Assembly (NCBI GenBank): GCA_965655095.1
Contig: OZ296657.1
Location: forward strand, 78,306,001 to 78,370,000
DNA from: Haplodiscus bocki
Taxonomy: Eukaryota
Length of the DNA stretch: 64,000 nt
Reading direction: 5' to 3'
Shown: positions 54,201-64,000 of the stretch, piece by piece
Layout: each line of letters opens with the position of its first letter
Numbering within the stretch: position 1 is the first letter of the stretch
The notes under the pieces: model-generated
What the model was told of the DNA's origin: nothing
The model's input: only the letters and a program-made list of their open reading frames with translations
Database searches by the model: none
Program-made: the position numbers and the translations under genes

Positions 54201-55623
54201 ACTCAATAAATTGGAGTCACATTTTTGACTCAATTCTAAATTATTTTTTTTCAATGCAAAAAAAACACAAAAATTCATTTGAGCGTATCGCTGTTTTTGC
54301 GCTTCGCCAACTTTTCTGTTTCATCATATCAGGTTTATTCACGCGATGCAACGGACACAGCGACGCAATACTCCATCGAGGATGCGAGACAAAACCGCCG
54401 ATTTTAAAGTGGGACAAAACCGCAGATTTTTTGAAAGAGAAAAACTGCCATCAAAATTGTTTTTGATAAAAGCGTCTTGGCTTAATTAGCAATAATTAGC
54501 AATTATATTACCAACTACTAATAGAAACTGACATACCAATAACTAAATTCACAATTTCCTTCAATTTTTTACAATTAAACTAAGTTGGCACCTCTGTTTT
54601 CAATAGACAAACAAAGATGTCAACTTCGATTTCGGTACTTAGTTTGCAAATAGTTTTAGCGAGTCTGTCAAATACAAAAAAAATTGAAAGTGCACTTTGA
54701 AGTTGGTATGAAATTAAGAATTCGCCGAACAACCCTCGCTAAAATGTACCATGGTTGCTTGCAATCATTAGCTCCTAACCAGATGGTCGTACATGTATTC
54801 ACTCTAAATTTAGTGGTTGAGGAAAATGACATGACGTCGTTCATTTGATCATTTAGTCGAAACTGAGACAAATGGCATCAGAGAGTCTCTTATCAGAATT
54901 GGATGCTATCACAGGTGTGACACTGAAAAGCCCAAGAAAAAATCGACTCAATACCGACAACTTCGACAGTTTGTTGATACTTTAAGTTTAACGACGGATC
55001 TTCTTCAGTAATAAGATGCTTTTCTTTTTTCAAAAAAACGGATAGCGAGCATACGGAGATAGTAATTGTTTTCAGCGAAAGATCATTCCCATGCTTGGGT
55101 CATTGCAGCCGTGAGAAATAATCAGGAGTCTTGTATGAAGATAGTGAACCGTGTCTCGGCTTTTCAAAACAATCAGATTTTTGAAACTGACGTCATTGCC
55201 GAAAGACCGAAGAGAGCAAGTGAAAACAGCGAGACAATAAAAAGCGAGTAAATAAGACTCAGTGATTGTGTTTCGGTTATGGTGTCAGGATGACCATGCC
55301 GAGTGAAGAAAGCGAGTCAGTTCATTAAGTCGTCGGCGACATCACTCATTATTATTCATTCAGCGAATAGAATTGACTTCGAAGCCGAAAAAAACTTGAA
55401 CGAATCCTTCAAATGTCTTAGATAGATTGAAAATTTATTGAATTTGCCGATGAGTCAGAAGGGTTTGCTGGTAAAATAAATGAATAAAGTTTGTAACCTT
55501 TGCTTTGTCCATTGGTGTCCCGTAGAATTGTGCACTCTTCGATGGTTCCGAAATCGTCGAACATCAACTTCAAATCATCCTCACTCTGTGTCTTGCCCAA
55601 CATTCCCACAAACACTTTCCTGT
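27115..55623 (-). CDS. CELF3/4/5/6: CELF3-6-subfamily (CUGBP/Elav-like, Bruno-3/UNC-75-like) RNA-binding protein, 5'-partial; join of exons 55498-55623, 51452-51531, 42108-42269, 36494-36668, 36070-36210, 35411-35587, 34810-34893, 31334-31774, 27631-27774, 27115-27242
   Basis: All ten exons have AG acceptors, all nine non-terminal exons have GT donors, and phases match (1658 nt, one open frame to TGA). Diagnostic peptides: [11 protein letters not shown]...SKGCAFIKF (RRM2), [36 protein letters not shown]...SKCFGFVSYDN (RRM3) and C-terminal [16 protein letters not shown], which resembles the CELF3-6 ending RLKVQLKRPKDANRPY. RRM1 exons were not found in the window. Confidence 0.95.
27631..27774 (-). 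CDS. CELF3/4/5/6: CELF exon, RRM3 first half ([15 protein letters not shown]...QSKCF)
   Basis: Acceptor gtttgcag, donor G|gtgagg, 144 nt, phase 1-1, RNP2 LFIYHL. Confidence 0.96.
29051..29496. repeat. Dispersed repeat family R1, diverged copy (same orientation as 32738-33180)
   Basis: Shares cgttttttta...ttacttgccaattg, atagcaaatt and ggagggcggaaaatat...ggtggtag...gtcttg with the other copies. Ends are approximate. Confidence 0.7.
31334..31774 (-). CDS. CELF3/4/5/6: CELF large low-complexity linker exon ([15 protein letters not shown]...HLPSQQRE); alternative acceptor at 31795 adds 7 aa
   Basis: Acceptor gttgtttttag (second acceptor tttcag 21 nt upstream), donor GAG G|gttagc, 441 nt, phase 1-1. 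Joins the next exon to give the canonical (Q)[10 protein letters not shown]. Confidence 0.9.
32598..33320. repeat. Dispersed repeat family R1, composite copy
   Basis: 32738-33180 is the reverse complement of 56604-57051, and 32598-32722 is the reverse complement of 58321-58440. The hallmark GTAGCCGGGTGTCTTG occurs twice (~33145, ~33304). Confidence 0.85.
34251..34314 (-). CDS. CELF3/4/5/6: Candidate alternative frame-shifting cassette exon ([21 protein letters not shown])
   Basis: Acceptor ctcttctctgttcag, donor AG|gtaggt, 64 nt, phase 1-2. Open and Ala-rich in the frame delivered by the upstream exon. Inclusion is inferred, not shown. Confidence 0.55.
34810..34893 (-). CDS. CELF3/4/5/6: CELF linker exon ([28 protein letters not shown])
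   Basis: Acceptor gtttcag, donor G|gtaagc, 84 nt, phase 1-1, Q/A-rich like other CELF linkers. Confidence 0.85.
35411..35587 (-). CDS. CELF3/4/5/6: CELF linker exon ([17 protein letters not shown]...[14 protein letters not shown])
   Basis: Acceptor tttttgttcag, donor G|gttagc, 177 nt, phase 1-1, open frame, locally GC-rich. Confidence 0.82.
36070..36210 (-). CDS. CELF3/4/5/6: CELF linker exon ([20 protein letters not shown]...NCSATG)
   Basis: Acceptor cattttag, donor G|gtaagt, 141 nt, phase 1-1, open in the required frame. Confidence 0.82.
36494..36668 (-). CDS. CELF3/4/5/6: CELF linker exon ([22 protein letters not shown]...MTPN)
   Basis: Acceptor ttttggtttcag, donor G|gtaaac, 175 nt, phase 0-1, polyQ. 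Confidence 0.88.
37829..38535. mobile_element. Degenerate non-autonomous CMC/EnSpm-like element
   Basis: Imperfect TIRs CCCGGTTTGACCACC / GGTGGTAAACCTGGG with AT on both flanks. GC-rich subterminal CCCWGGG-like motifs at both ends. Confidence 0.55.
38585..38820. repeat. Dispersed repeat R2, copy 1
   Basis: Direct-orientation match to 55187-55415 (gacgtcaYtgccgaaaga...actcagtgattgtg...catgccgagtgaagaaagcg). Confidence 0.8.
42108..42269 (-). CDS. CELF3/4/5/6: CELF exon, RRM2 end and start of linker ([24 protein letters not shown]...AYTQ)
   Basis: Acceptor cttgcag, donor CAG|gtaaaa, 162 nt, phase 0-0, conserved VVKFAD motif. Confidence 0.95.
47478..47625. repeat. Fragment of a ~115-bp-period tandem repeat (two units)
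   Basis: ttcggcactgtgagacaaaa (~47481) and ttcggtactgtgggacaaaa (~47595). Confidence 0.55.
49845..50020. repeat. Dispersed repeat family R1, truncated copy
   Basis: Ends in tggagggcggaaaa...gtagccgggtgtctcgtat, in the same orientation as 32738-33180. Confidence 0.65.
51452..51531 (-). CDS. CELF3/4/5/6: CELF exon, RRM2 second part ([27 protein letters not shown])
   Basis: Acceptor atttcag, donor CCG|gttagt, 80 nt, phase 1-0. Completes RNP1 KGCAFIKF. Not in the ORF track; translated by hand. Confidence 0.95.
53761..53794. repeat. (TATG)n microsatellite
   Basis: tatatgtatgtatgtatgtatgtatatgtatata. Confidence 0.85.
55187..55415. repeat. Dispersed repeat R2, copy 2
   Basis: Direct-orientation match to 38585-38820. 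Confidence 0.8.
55498..55623 (-). CDS. CELF3/4/5/6: CELF exon, RRM2 first part ([43 protein letters not shown])
   Basis: Acceptor gtttttacag, donor G|gttaca, 126 nt, phase 1-1, RNP2 motif VFVGML. Confidence 0.95.
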
Positions 55624-55799
55624 CTGTAAAAACACAGTACTTGTAAAACATGGTTAAGAAACACTAAACATGATCACAATTGACAATTATCGGCGATAAG
55701 GCGCCCTCGACACGATCTTCGGCTTTTGGTGACTTCGGAAGTGGGAGCAAATTTCTTATGATTTTCGCCATATTTCAATATGGTTGAAAATCATGCAAT

Positions 55800-56050
55800 C
55801 AACGCGTGCGTTTTTTTACGTTTAGTTGACAATTCCGGCAAAAATGAAAATTGCAGGACTTTGAATTCGAATCTTTCACCAAATTGTAGCAAATTTGCCA
55901 TAGAGTTCGAATGTCATAGTAATATTTCACAAACACGTACAATTTTTTTTTCAAAAAGTGGGTTTTTTTTGAAAAAGAACTTTTTTTAAAAAATCTGTAA
56001 AGGTGGAAAATTTGCCGTAGAATTCGTATAAAAAGATAATCATTTCTTAA
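55800..56050. repeat. Dispersed repeat family R1, diverged partial copy
   Basis: gcgtttttttacgttt...caatt, tagcaaatttgcc, aaaggtggaaaatttgc. Same orientation as the 29051 and 32738 copies. Confidence 0.55.
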
Positions 56051-56603
56051 ACGGACAAGATTTCCGTCTTGTTGAAAATCTGCTGCACGTTATATAGTAA
56101 TTTCAATTTGAAATTAAAGTTTTTATTAAAAGGCAAGTTCATCAAAAACCGTTCTATGTCACAAACAACTTTTGTTCAACTATTTTCCAAGTAAGTCGAT
56201 TATACAAGAGTTCCCACACACTTCTATACGCCTCAAAAACATCTCCCATTAGATCGGGGATAATTTAAAGGTATCTTTTAAAGGCCACTTGAAAAGCCAC
56301 GTTAAAAACCGGATGTGATAAATTAAGAACGAACTTCAAACAGGAAGCGGTTATCCAAGTTGGATTTAAAGAAAACATTTTTGGGTAGTTCTGAAAGTGA
56401 TCCATCCCATAATTACCTAAACAAAGCTTCATCTTTTTACTAGAATGATATCCGATTATCTGTGAAGCTCTAAATTCATGCATCCCTGTTCAAGTACGCC
56501 CAAATAACATCATCGCATCAATATAGCAAGATTGATTGGTAGCTCCGGCATCAATTGCACATATTTTTTGGATTAGTCAAATTCGGCAGTGACACCTGTG
56601 AAC

Positions 56604-57051
56604 GATTTTAGATTCTCGAATATACAAGACACCCGGCTACCACCGGGATATTTTCCGTCCTCCCGCTTTGTTGAAAATGCATTTTTGGAAAAAATACCAC
56701 TCTATTTGCGTTCTATATCATATTGGCCAATTCTCAAAAATTTCGGATTTTTTTTCAAAAACCTAATTTTGGTTGCAAAAAGGCATTTTCAAGACACATT
56801 ACCATTTTAACCGCACTCTACATCAAATTTGCGACTTTTTCCCATTTTTTAAAAAGTTCGTTTTTTCAAAAATCCAACTTTATTTATATCAAAAAAGCCT
56901 ATTTCCGTACGTATTTAAGAAATCCTACTAATTCATTTGCATTCTGCGGGAAATTTGCTATAATTGGTCATGAAAAATTCCAAACTTCCGGAACTCAAAA
57001 TCTCGTTCAATAGGTAAGTAAACGTAAAAACGCGTTAATGCATCTCAACCA
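56604..57051. repeat. Dispersed repeat family R1, inverted copy
   Basis: TATACAAGACACCCGGCTACCACCGGGATATTTTCC... is a colinear reverse complement of 32738-33180. Confidence 0.85.
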
Positions 57052-57547
57052 CATTAAACTGACGTGTTGAGGGTATATGGCACCAATGTTCTGGCGCATT
57101 AACGACGACCCGACGGCTTGAACGATATTTTGACTAACATGGCCTGTTTGAACAATAATGCTCAATTGTTTTTTTTGCAATTTTTGCACACAAAAAATGT
57201 TTGCTTGGGTATTCGTGAATGCAACAATGATACCCGGTGAATATTCAACGACTCGGTTGACACAAAGGCATAATGTTATGAATGGCGCCTTCTGACAAAA
57301 GTTTTTCTTCCGGTTTCAAAGCAGGCTTCGGGCTTGAATGGTTAATTTGGTGACGTTGAAATGACTTCGACATCCTTTCGGAGCCGCCCATTGTTATATC
57401 TGAATTAAGTAGTCTGTATAACTGAACAAAGTAAAAACCACAGGGGCTATAACCGAGAAAAGGAGGAAGCTGACGTTAAAAAAACGTTTTGAATCCTTAG
57501 AAGTTTAGAGTTTCTTGAAAACAATTTTAAGTAACCTCTGAATAAGA

Positions 57548-57897
57548 TATACAAGACGCCCGGCTAGCTCCGGGATATTATTCGCACTCTAATTTTGTTT
57601 AAAATGCGTTTTAGGAAAAAATACCTTTCTGCATGCGTTGTATATCACATTGGCTAATTTTTCCCAACTTTGAAAAAAAATAAATGAATTTCGTCGCCAA
57701 AAGGCATTTTCGAGAAATAATACCATCTCATCCCCATTCTACATCAAATTTGCTGTTTTCTCCCAATTTTTTCCATGTTTTTCTACGAAAACTTTTTCAC
57801 TAAAAACCCTATTTTCGTACATTTTCAAGAAACCTTACTATTTCATAAGTTATACGTCAAATTTGCAATAACTTGGTCATATCAAATTTTCAAACTC
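57548..57897. repeat. Dispersed repeat family R1, second inverted copy
   Basis: tatacaagacgcccggctag...ctacatcaaatttgc...ttggtcat, parallel to 56604-57051. Confidence 0.7.
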
Positions 57898-58320
57898 ATT
57901 TTCTCGAGTAATGAATTGGCGAGTATAAACGTGGAAAAACGCAAGCTTTGCCATATACGCAAGCTTTCGTACTGCAAACTTGCATGTTATCAGTAAGTAT
58001 AATAATCATCCCCTATAAACTCTTTGCTCCCTCCATCTGTTCTGTCAGCGCAAGATTATTTCATCTCGACCACTGGTTTGACAGCTGAACGAAAATCTTC
58101 AACAGCTACCGCAATGGAAAAAGATTGTTGTTTAGTTGTTTGAGTTCAAGAAATTAATCTCGTTTGCTACGGACAGTGCTAACCAAATAAAACACAAATT
58201 TAATAGAAAGACTGCTTTGAAACACGTATAAGAAATCATTTACACAAAGCTCCACAAAAATGATCAATTTTCATTTCTATGTTCTATACAATGCTTCCCA
58301 ATTTTGATACTTATCGAATC

Positions 58321-58440
58321 TTCGTTCCCCCCTAATTTATATGCTCCCTTCAAATTGAAACAATAAAATCCCAATTATTAATTTCGAGCGAATTTACCAG
58401 AAAGGATACGCGTCTTTGTGGTTCTTGCTGTCGACTTGGA
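58321..58440. repeat. Near-identical reverse complement of 32598-32722
   Basis: ctaatttatatgctcccttcaaattgaaacaataaaatcccaattattaatttcgag...cttgctgtcgacttgga. Confidence 0.9.
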
Positions 58441-60458
58441 AACACAAACTATTCAAATATCCATAATTTTAATTTGCTTGATTCCAGTTGCTTCAGGCTG
58501 CAAAGGTTTGTTTTTACCGTTACACCAAATACCGCAAAAAAGTTGAAGCTAGTAGAATTTTTCTGCCAGCATCAAGACTTCATGTACTTTTATGAACTGT
58601 GATTGGTCGAATTTTAGTGTCTGCCATCAAAAATTGGTACTTTTTCATCAACATATATAATGCATCAATCAAAACGACACTTACAGTAATCGAGTTCTAG
58701 GTGAAATTGCAACGGCAGAGAAGCTGCCGTAAGAATTTCAATTCTTTTGTAATTTACAACTAGGTTGCCGGTTTCGAATTTTGATATTTGATCGTTTTGC
58801 GCAGTAATTTCTTCCATGCATGCACTAAACATCCATGCATGCACTCAATGAAAGATAGAGTTCAATCTTATTGTTATCCAAAATTGATACTTTTGGAAAA
58901 TGAAAATAGATTGGCATTGTTCCGAATGGCGTTCAAATTCCAAAGTAACAACTGGTAAGCCCAACCAATAAAACTGAACCAAACACTTATTCGTGATAAT
59001 TTGGCGATGTTTATTGGTGATAATTAGTTGGTGTCTAGAATAGTAAATTCAACATTCATGTGAATGGCATCTTTGTAGCAAATACCTCGCAAAGCAGCAA
59101 CCAACATCTGCTACGAACTACAGATTCAAAAATATTTAGTTCAAGGAAATTCAATATTTCACTTGAAAAAATCAATAATCCAGACAGATATCTTCGATAC
59201 CATGATCCCACACATATTTAATTTTTTCACAATTATGCAAATTAACAGTTTGTTCAAAAAAGTCACATTGGGCCATGCTTTTTGACCTTTCATTAATTTT
59301 CTGTAGAGAAACTTAGTACAAAATTTTGCGTAATGCGAAGCATAGCAAACTATTCAAATCAGTAGTTGCCTCTTTTTCTCGGATGTTCCGCCAGTTCATT
59401 TTTACAACAAAAGTTATGAAGTCATTGAACGTCATTTATGAAGCCACTGCCTTTCTCTACGACCGCTATAATTGTCATGGGAATCAGTTGAAATTTCTTT
59501 TTCCGAAAAAAAACTTCGCTGAGGAAAAAATCGACATGATCCGAAGACTTTCGCGATGGCCATACTAAATTATTTTTCAAAAAAATCGCCTCAAAATTTT
59601 CCCCCAGACCTGTAGAGATGATTTCCGAACAGTAAAAAATCAGACATCGATTTTAAATATGCTTTACTAATAACTGAACACTACAAAATGAACCGTTTCT
59701 AAGTGTTATGAGGCATCCAAGACGATACAAGAGCATTTAATTACTTTTTTTTCATTGACAAAATCGAGAGAAACAGCGACTTTTACTTCTACACTTTACT
59801 AATTTCAAAAATAAGCTTTCCAGCTGAGCGTTCTACAGAGCTTAATTTTGCTTTTAAGGCTTTTTTTGTTTCTGAGGTGCTCTGTTTGTTTTGGAGTTTG
59901 AGGAAAATTTCAGCAAATTGATTTTTCTCACACATTTGCTTTCTCTGCAGCCTTATTTAACTTTACCTCCGTTTATAACGAGCTCCATTTGCGTCGCAGC
60001 AAGATATGAAGAACCCATTCGAAACAGCCTGAGGTGTACAATACGATCTGACAGTATTTAAATTTCCCTTCCCTTAAAAAGCATGGAAAAATGCAACTAT
60101 TACTTCAATTTGCTAGTTCCAAAGGGGTCCATCATGACGAATAGGCGTACTATAGACCAATGTTGCTCGTACAGAAAACCAACAGAAACTTCGTACCTTC
60201 TATTGGGTTTCCTGTCTTTTAGCAATTTGTGAAGAATTCCATTACCAAAATTATCAAAGTTTGCCATCTTTACGACCTTAGACAATCTCAACTCTGCTTC
60301 GAAGGTCAATATTGTTCGCATCAAGAGAAAAGGAGCCGGATCTCGGCAACTTCAGGTGTACACGACAACCCAAGAGTATTTAATTACTTCGCTAATACGA
60401 ACAAAAAAATTGAGTAATTTGGGGACGGAGTATCATGAAAACTGAGCATTAAACTGAT

Positions 60459-63400
60459 TGTGAGATTTGTGCCATCGTTTTTTTTTCTTTAAATGTTTAT
60501 TAAATTTTAATTGTCAACTAAAATTACTTAAATTGGAAGGTGCTCGATAGGATATAAGATAAACACAACGCTATTAGTGAAATGAGAGCCAATGAGAACG
60601 CTCTACGCGTGGAAACAGCAACAGCAGCATAAAATATAAAAGTTGGTCTAATTCGAACACCAACTTTGACGACCATTTTCTCAAAGACTATTATAGATAG
60701 AGCAAAACGGTTTTCACCAATGAAAACTACATTCCAAGACGAACAAGTTGGGTGATTTTCACCGCATTCTGATATTTAAAAGTTGTCGAAAAATTAATAC
60801 GAAAATTATTACGTTCCGGAAAATGGTAAAATCGCGAATTCACAGTTCAGTTGCAACTTTAGAAGCGCATAAAAGTGAAAGCGGAGTGGACACAAATTGT
60901 TATGAATACAAAAGGAATACAATACGAGTGCTGTTGGAGTGAATTTTGACCACGCGCACGGCCGCCACCACCCCACGTATTAGCATATTTACGCTCTCGC
61001 TGCTCAAAATTAGACCTGTTTTTTTAATGTTCCCCAATGTTTGCTTGCTTATTTCTCGAAGATGAAAAAAGATATCGTCAAACCGTTTTCACCATTGTAA
61101 ACTACATCCATAGGAAAGCTTAAGTTTGGAATATGAGCAAAATCGGACGAATTTAAGATATTGAAAAATTGTAACAAACGAAAAGTGCACCTCAGAAATT
61201 GCCAAATTGAGTTCAGTTAAAAATTTATTCTGAGTGAACCACGCATCAGAAATGGCTCGTATTAGTCTTAAACGGAAGATATTTGAATGGACTAATGTCC
61301 CTGAAAAGATGAATTGATTATATTCAGTCATTTTAGAGAACTGAGTGAGAAATCGCCAAAAAACGCCCAAAATAGCCTAAAATCGTCAAAAATCGCAGTT
61401 TTTCGCTTATTAGTTAACAAATATCCAATACAAATCGACCATATTAACAGCGATTGAAAGCTTATCATTAAGAGGAATGGAGAATAACAATAGAACAAGC
61501 TGAGCAAGCTACAAATGGCCGCCCCACAAAAATGCAACTAGCTAAAATCACGGATTTTGGAAAATGTCGACTTGCAAAACGGCTAGCCCCCCCCCGCCGC
61601 ACTTTTTTGAAGATAGAAAGCTGAAAATTTAACACAATGTTCCTAACAACCTCCCCCAGGAAACTGACCGAGGATTTTTTGAAATTTTGCCTGTACGTTG
61701 AGAAAATCGACTTTGAAGGTGGACCCGGGTAGTCAAAAATAGCCAAAATCGGTACTTTTGCGGAAAATTGAATAACTTTTTTTTGAGACCAGCTAGAGAG
61801 CTCATCTTTTCGTTAAAATACTCTTACTTGAATGTACTAACAGGAAAAAACCACCTCCGCCCTGGGAAAAAATTATACGTAGAGAAAAATGACCTCAAAG
61901 TGACCAAAAATCGATTTTTCGGATAGGGAATTTTGAGTACTTTCAGAAAATCGCATTTTTCGACCATGAATATTGAAAATAACTATAACAAAGTATACAT
62001 TGCCAGAAACTACAATAAAAACCGCGTGTAATGATGTGCTCACTCTTTATTTATGACGCTTATGATAGACACAATTAATTATTGAATTTTGGACAAAAAT
62101 TACGCCTTTTTTCGGACATTTATTCTTGCATGGATATTATGATGGGAATGGTTAGGGAAGATAATTTAACCACTTATTTTGGAAGTACTTGGTCACGCGC
62201 GACGAATAGAATAGCTGACACATCAGCCGGAAGAGGTTGTCAGTCAAAATGGTGACACCAAACGAATGGAAACGAAGAGGTATTTTCTTAATCATTTTGT
62301 ACCACCCCCGTTTTGCCAGTGGATACGACCAAAATCAATTAATCATAACTGATGGAAGCAAAGGAAAAAAAAACACCGAGTAGTACCAAAACTGATGATT
62401 ACCGTACCGAAGTGAAGTAAACGAAATAACCGATGAAAATCGATAAGTCATTTTAGAAACTATTGGAGACGAATAACCGGATGACTGACAGTAATGCCGA
62501 AAGTAATTGAATGGTACCGAAAGCCAGAAAAGTGGCTAAAAGCGGGACTTTCCATTAGTAATAGATGACGAATAGAACAAAAAGTGATAATATTGGAAAC
62601 GAGTAAAACGAATGACTCAAATGATTAACTAGATGAAAATAAGCCCGAAGACGAACGAAAAAGTGAAGTGCTAAGCGCACAAAGTGAGTTGAAATCTAGA
62701 GAACGGTTTGCTACTTTGCTGTCAACGGATAGAGTACGAGTCTTTGAGTCCGAGACTAAAGATTCCAGATTTACTTTATCAACCCTTGTTAGAGAGTCAG
62801 GGACTTTTTAACTTGAGATTGTGATCCGGGATCATAGTTTGTTGTCGTGACAGAATTGGGAAGTTGGACTTCGCCAGATTCTTTTGAGATGTTCTTCTTT
62901 AACGCCGTGAGACGCGGGTTAGAGAATAATTTGGGCCCCAGCGGTGGCTGAACCGTGGATTAGTTAGAGATAGCAGTCCGGGACTGTATTGCTTCACTCC
63001 AAGAACGTTAGAGAAAGGCGGCGAGTTATTGGAATACAACTTATTTTCTCAATCATTCATTGATTGAGTACCTTTCAATTCTTCCTTCGGGAAATCTTCT
63101 TGTTGTTATAACCCCGTGTGATCTGATTTGTTTATTGGTTCTGTGAACAATATATTACTCAAAGTATTATCCATTATTTAATTGATAACCAGTAATAAAA
63201 GTATTATTCATTGAAAGACATTATTTAGCATGATTGTATTAATCTATTACTTTGTGTCATTTAATTAACTTTGAGATAGTTTCTCATGAGAGAACATTTT
63301 TATTTCAACAGTCAAAGAGCTACGAGACACCCCTTAAAAGAAGAATCAAGACAGAACCGCGTTTCTTAGCGCATCTTACCCCCACCACCTCCGAATTATT

Positions 63401-63584
63401 AGACTTGTCTTTTCTTTCGGAGTTATAAATTTTTTGTGGATGCTCCGCCGATCCCCCGTCTCGTGGATCTGGTACACGTGTTTAAAGGAGTAGTAGTGGA
63501 GCAATTTAAAAAGAGATTAGAAAAACTCCTCAGTGATTCGATTCTTCTTTGGCGATTGTTAAAGCTACTTTTCAAAATTCTACA
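60459..63584 (-). mobile_element. ~3.1-kb TG...CA element with 5-bp TSD, probable solo LTR (copy 2), probably within a CELF intron
   Basis: Reverse complement of 285-3321 with scattered substitutions and a few indels. Flanked by CTGAT at 60454-60458 and 63585-63589, a different TSD from copy 1, so an independent insertion. Confidence 0.85.
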
Positions 63585-64000
63585 CTGATCTCATTCACTC
63601 TAAATACGAAATATGACTAAATGACCCCTTTTGATGGTTTCGATGGGTTCTGCAAGCTTACGTTGGGAGATTTCTCAATTACTGGAACGATTTTTCTGAA
63701 ATCTGAAATTTGTCACAGAATTTCCGTCATTTGGAACGTAAGTAATCTACAATTTTTGTGTCTTTCTGCTCATTATTGTTGAAGTTTTTGAAGAAAGTTT
63801 TGTTACATCTTTTCCTAAAAAATTGTCACAATTTTGCCGGAGTTTGAAACGTAAAAGTTTCTTATGTCCAGTCCATTTTGTTTGACCTAATCAAAAGGAC
63901 ACAGTTCAAATAGTTACATGTATCAATGACAATCTAGGAAATTTTATTTATCTGTTCTCTGGAAAGAAGAGAAATACGACTTTAACTGCTGATTTCTAAA

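Noticed and set aside
55624-64000. Search for CELF RRM1 and upstream exons
   Set aside because: I found no LFVGQIP- or QVKPAD-like peptide by eye. These exons are presumed to lie outside the window, though a small exon could have been missed.
1-64000. CRISPR arrays, operons, tRNA/rRNA genes
   Set aside because: The sequence is spliceosomal-intron-containing eukaryotic DNA. I saw no repeat-spacer array or recognisable structural RNA gene.

Overview
This is AT-rich eukaryotic (invertebrate-animal-like) genomic DNA; the species cannot be determined from the sequence. The only convincing protein-coding gene is a minus-strand CELF3-6-subfamily (Bruno-3/UNC-75-like) RNA-binding protein. Ten GT-AG exons between 55623 and 27115 splice in phase into RRM2, an expanded (~380 aa) Q/A/G/S-rich linker, RRM3 and a stop. 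I found no RRM1 or 5' exons, so they probably lie beyond 64000. The gene has candidate regulatory splicing elements: a 64-nt frame-switching cassette exon feeding a 441-nt exon that is open in two frames, tandem acceptors separated by a UGUU motif, and candidate poison exons. Inverted repeat copies in its introns bracket a 945-nt in-frame exon block, and a dense CRE/AP-1/CArG/CCAAT cluster lies just past the stop codon. The rest of the window is mobile or repetitive DNA: two ~3-kb TG...CA elements with 5-bp target-site duplications (TSDs, probable solo LTRs) in opposite orientations, two CCC...GGG CMC/EnSpm-like elements, a 156-bp MITE with an 8-bp TSD, dispersed repeats and ~20 kb of decayed, unidentifiable sequence. 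Most entries in the ORF track appear spurious.
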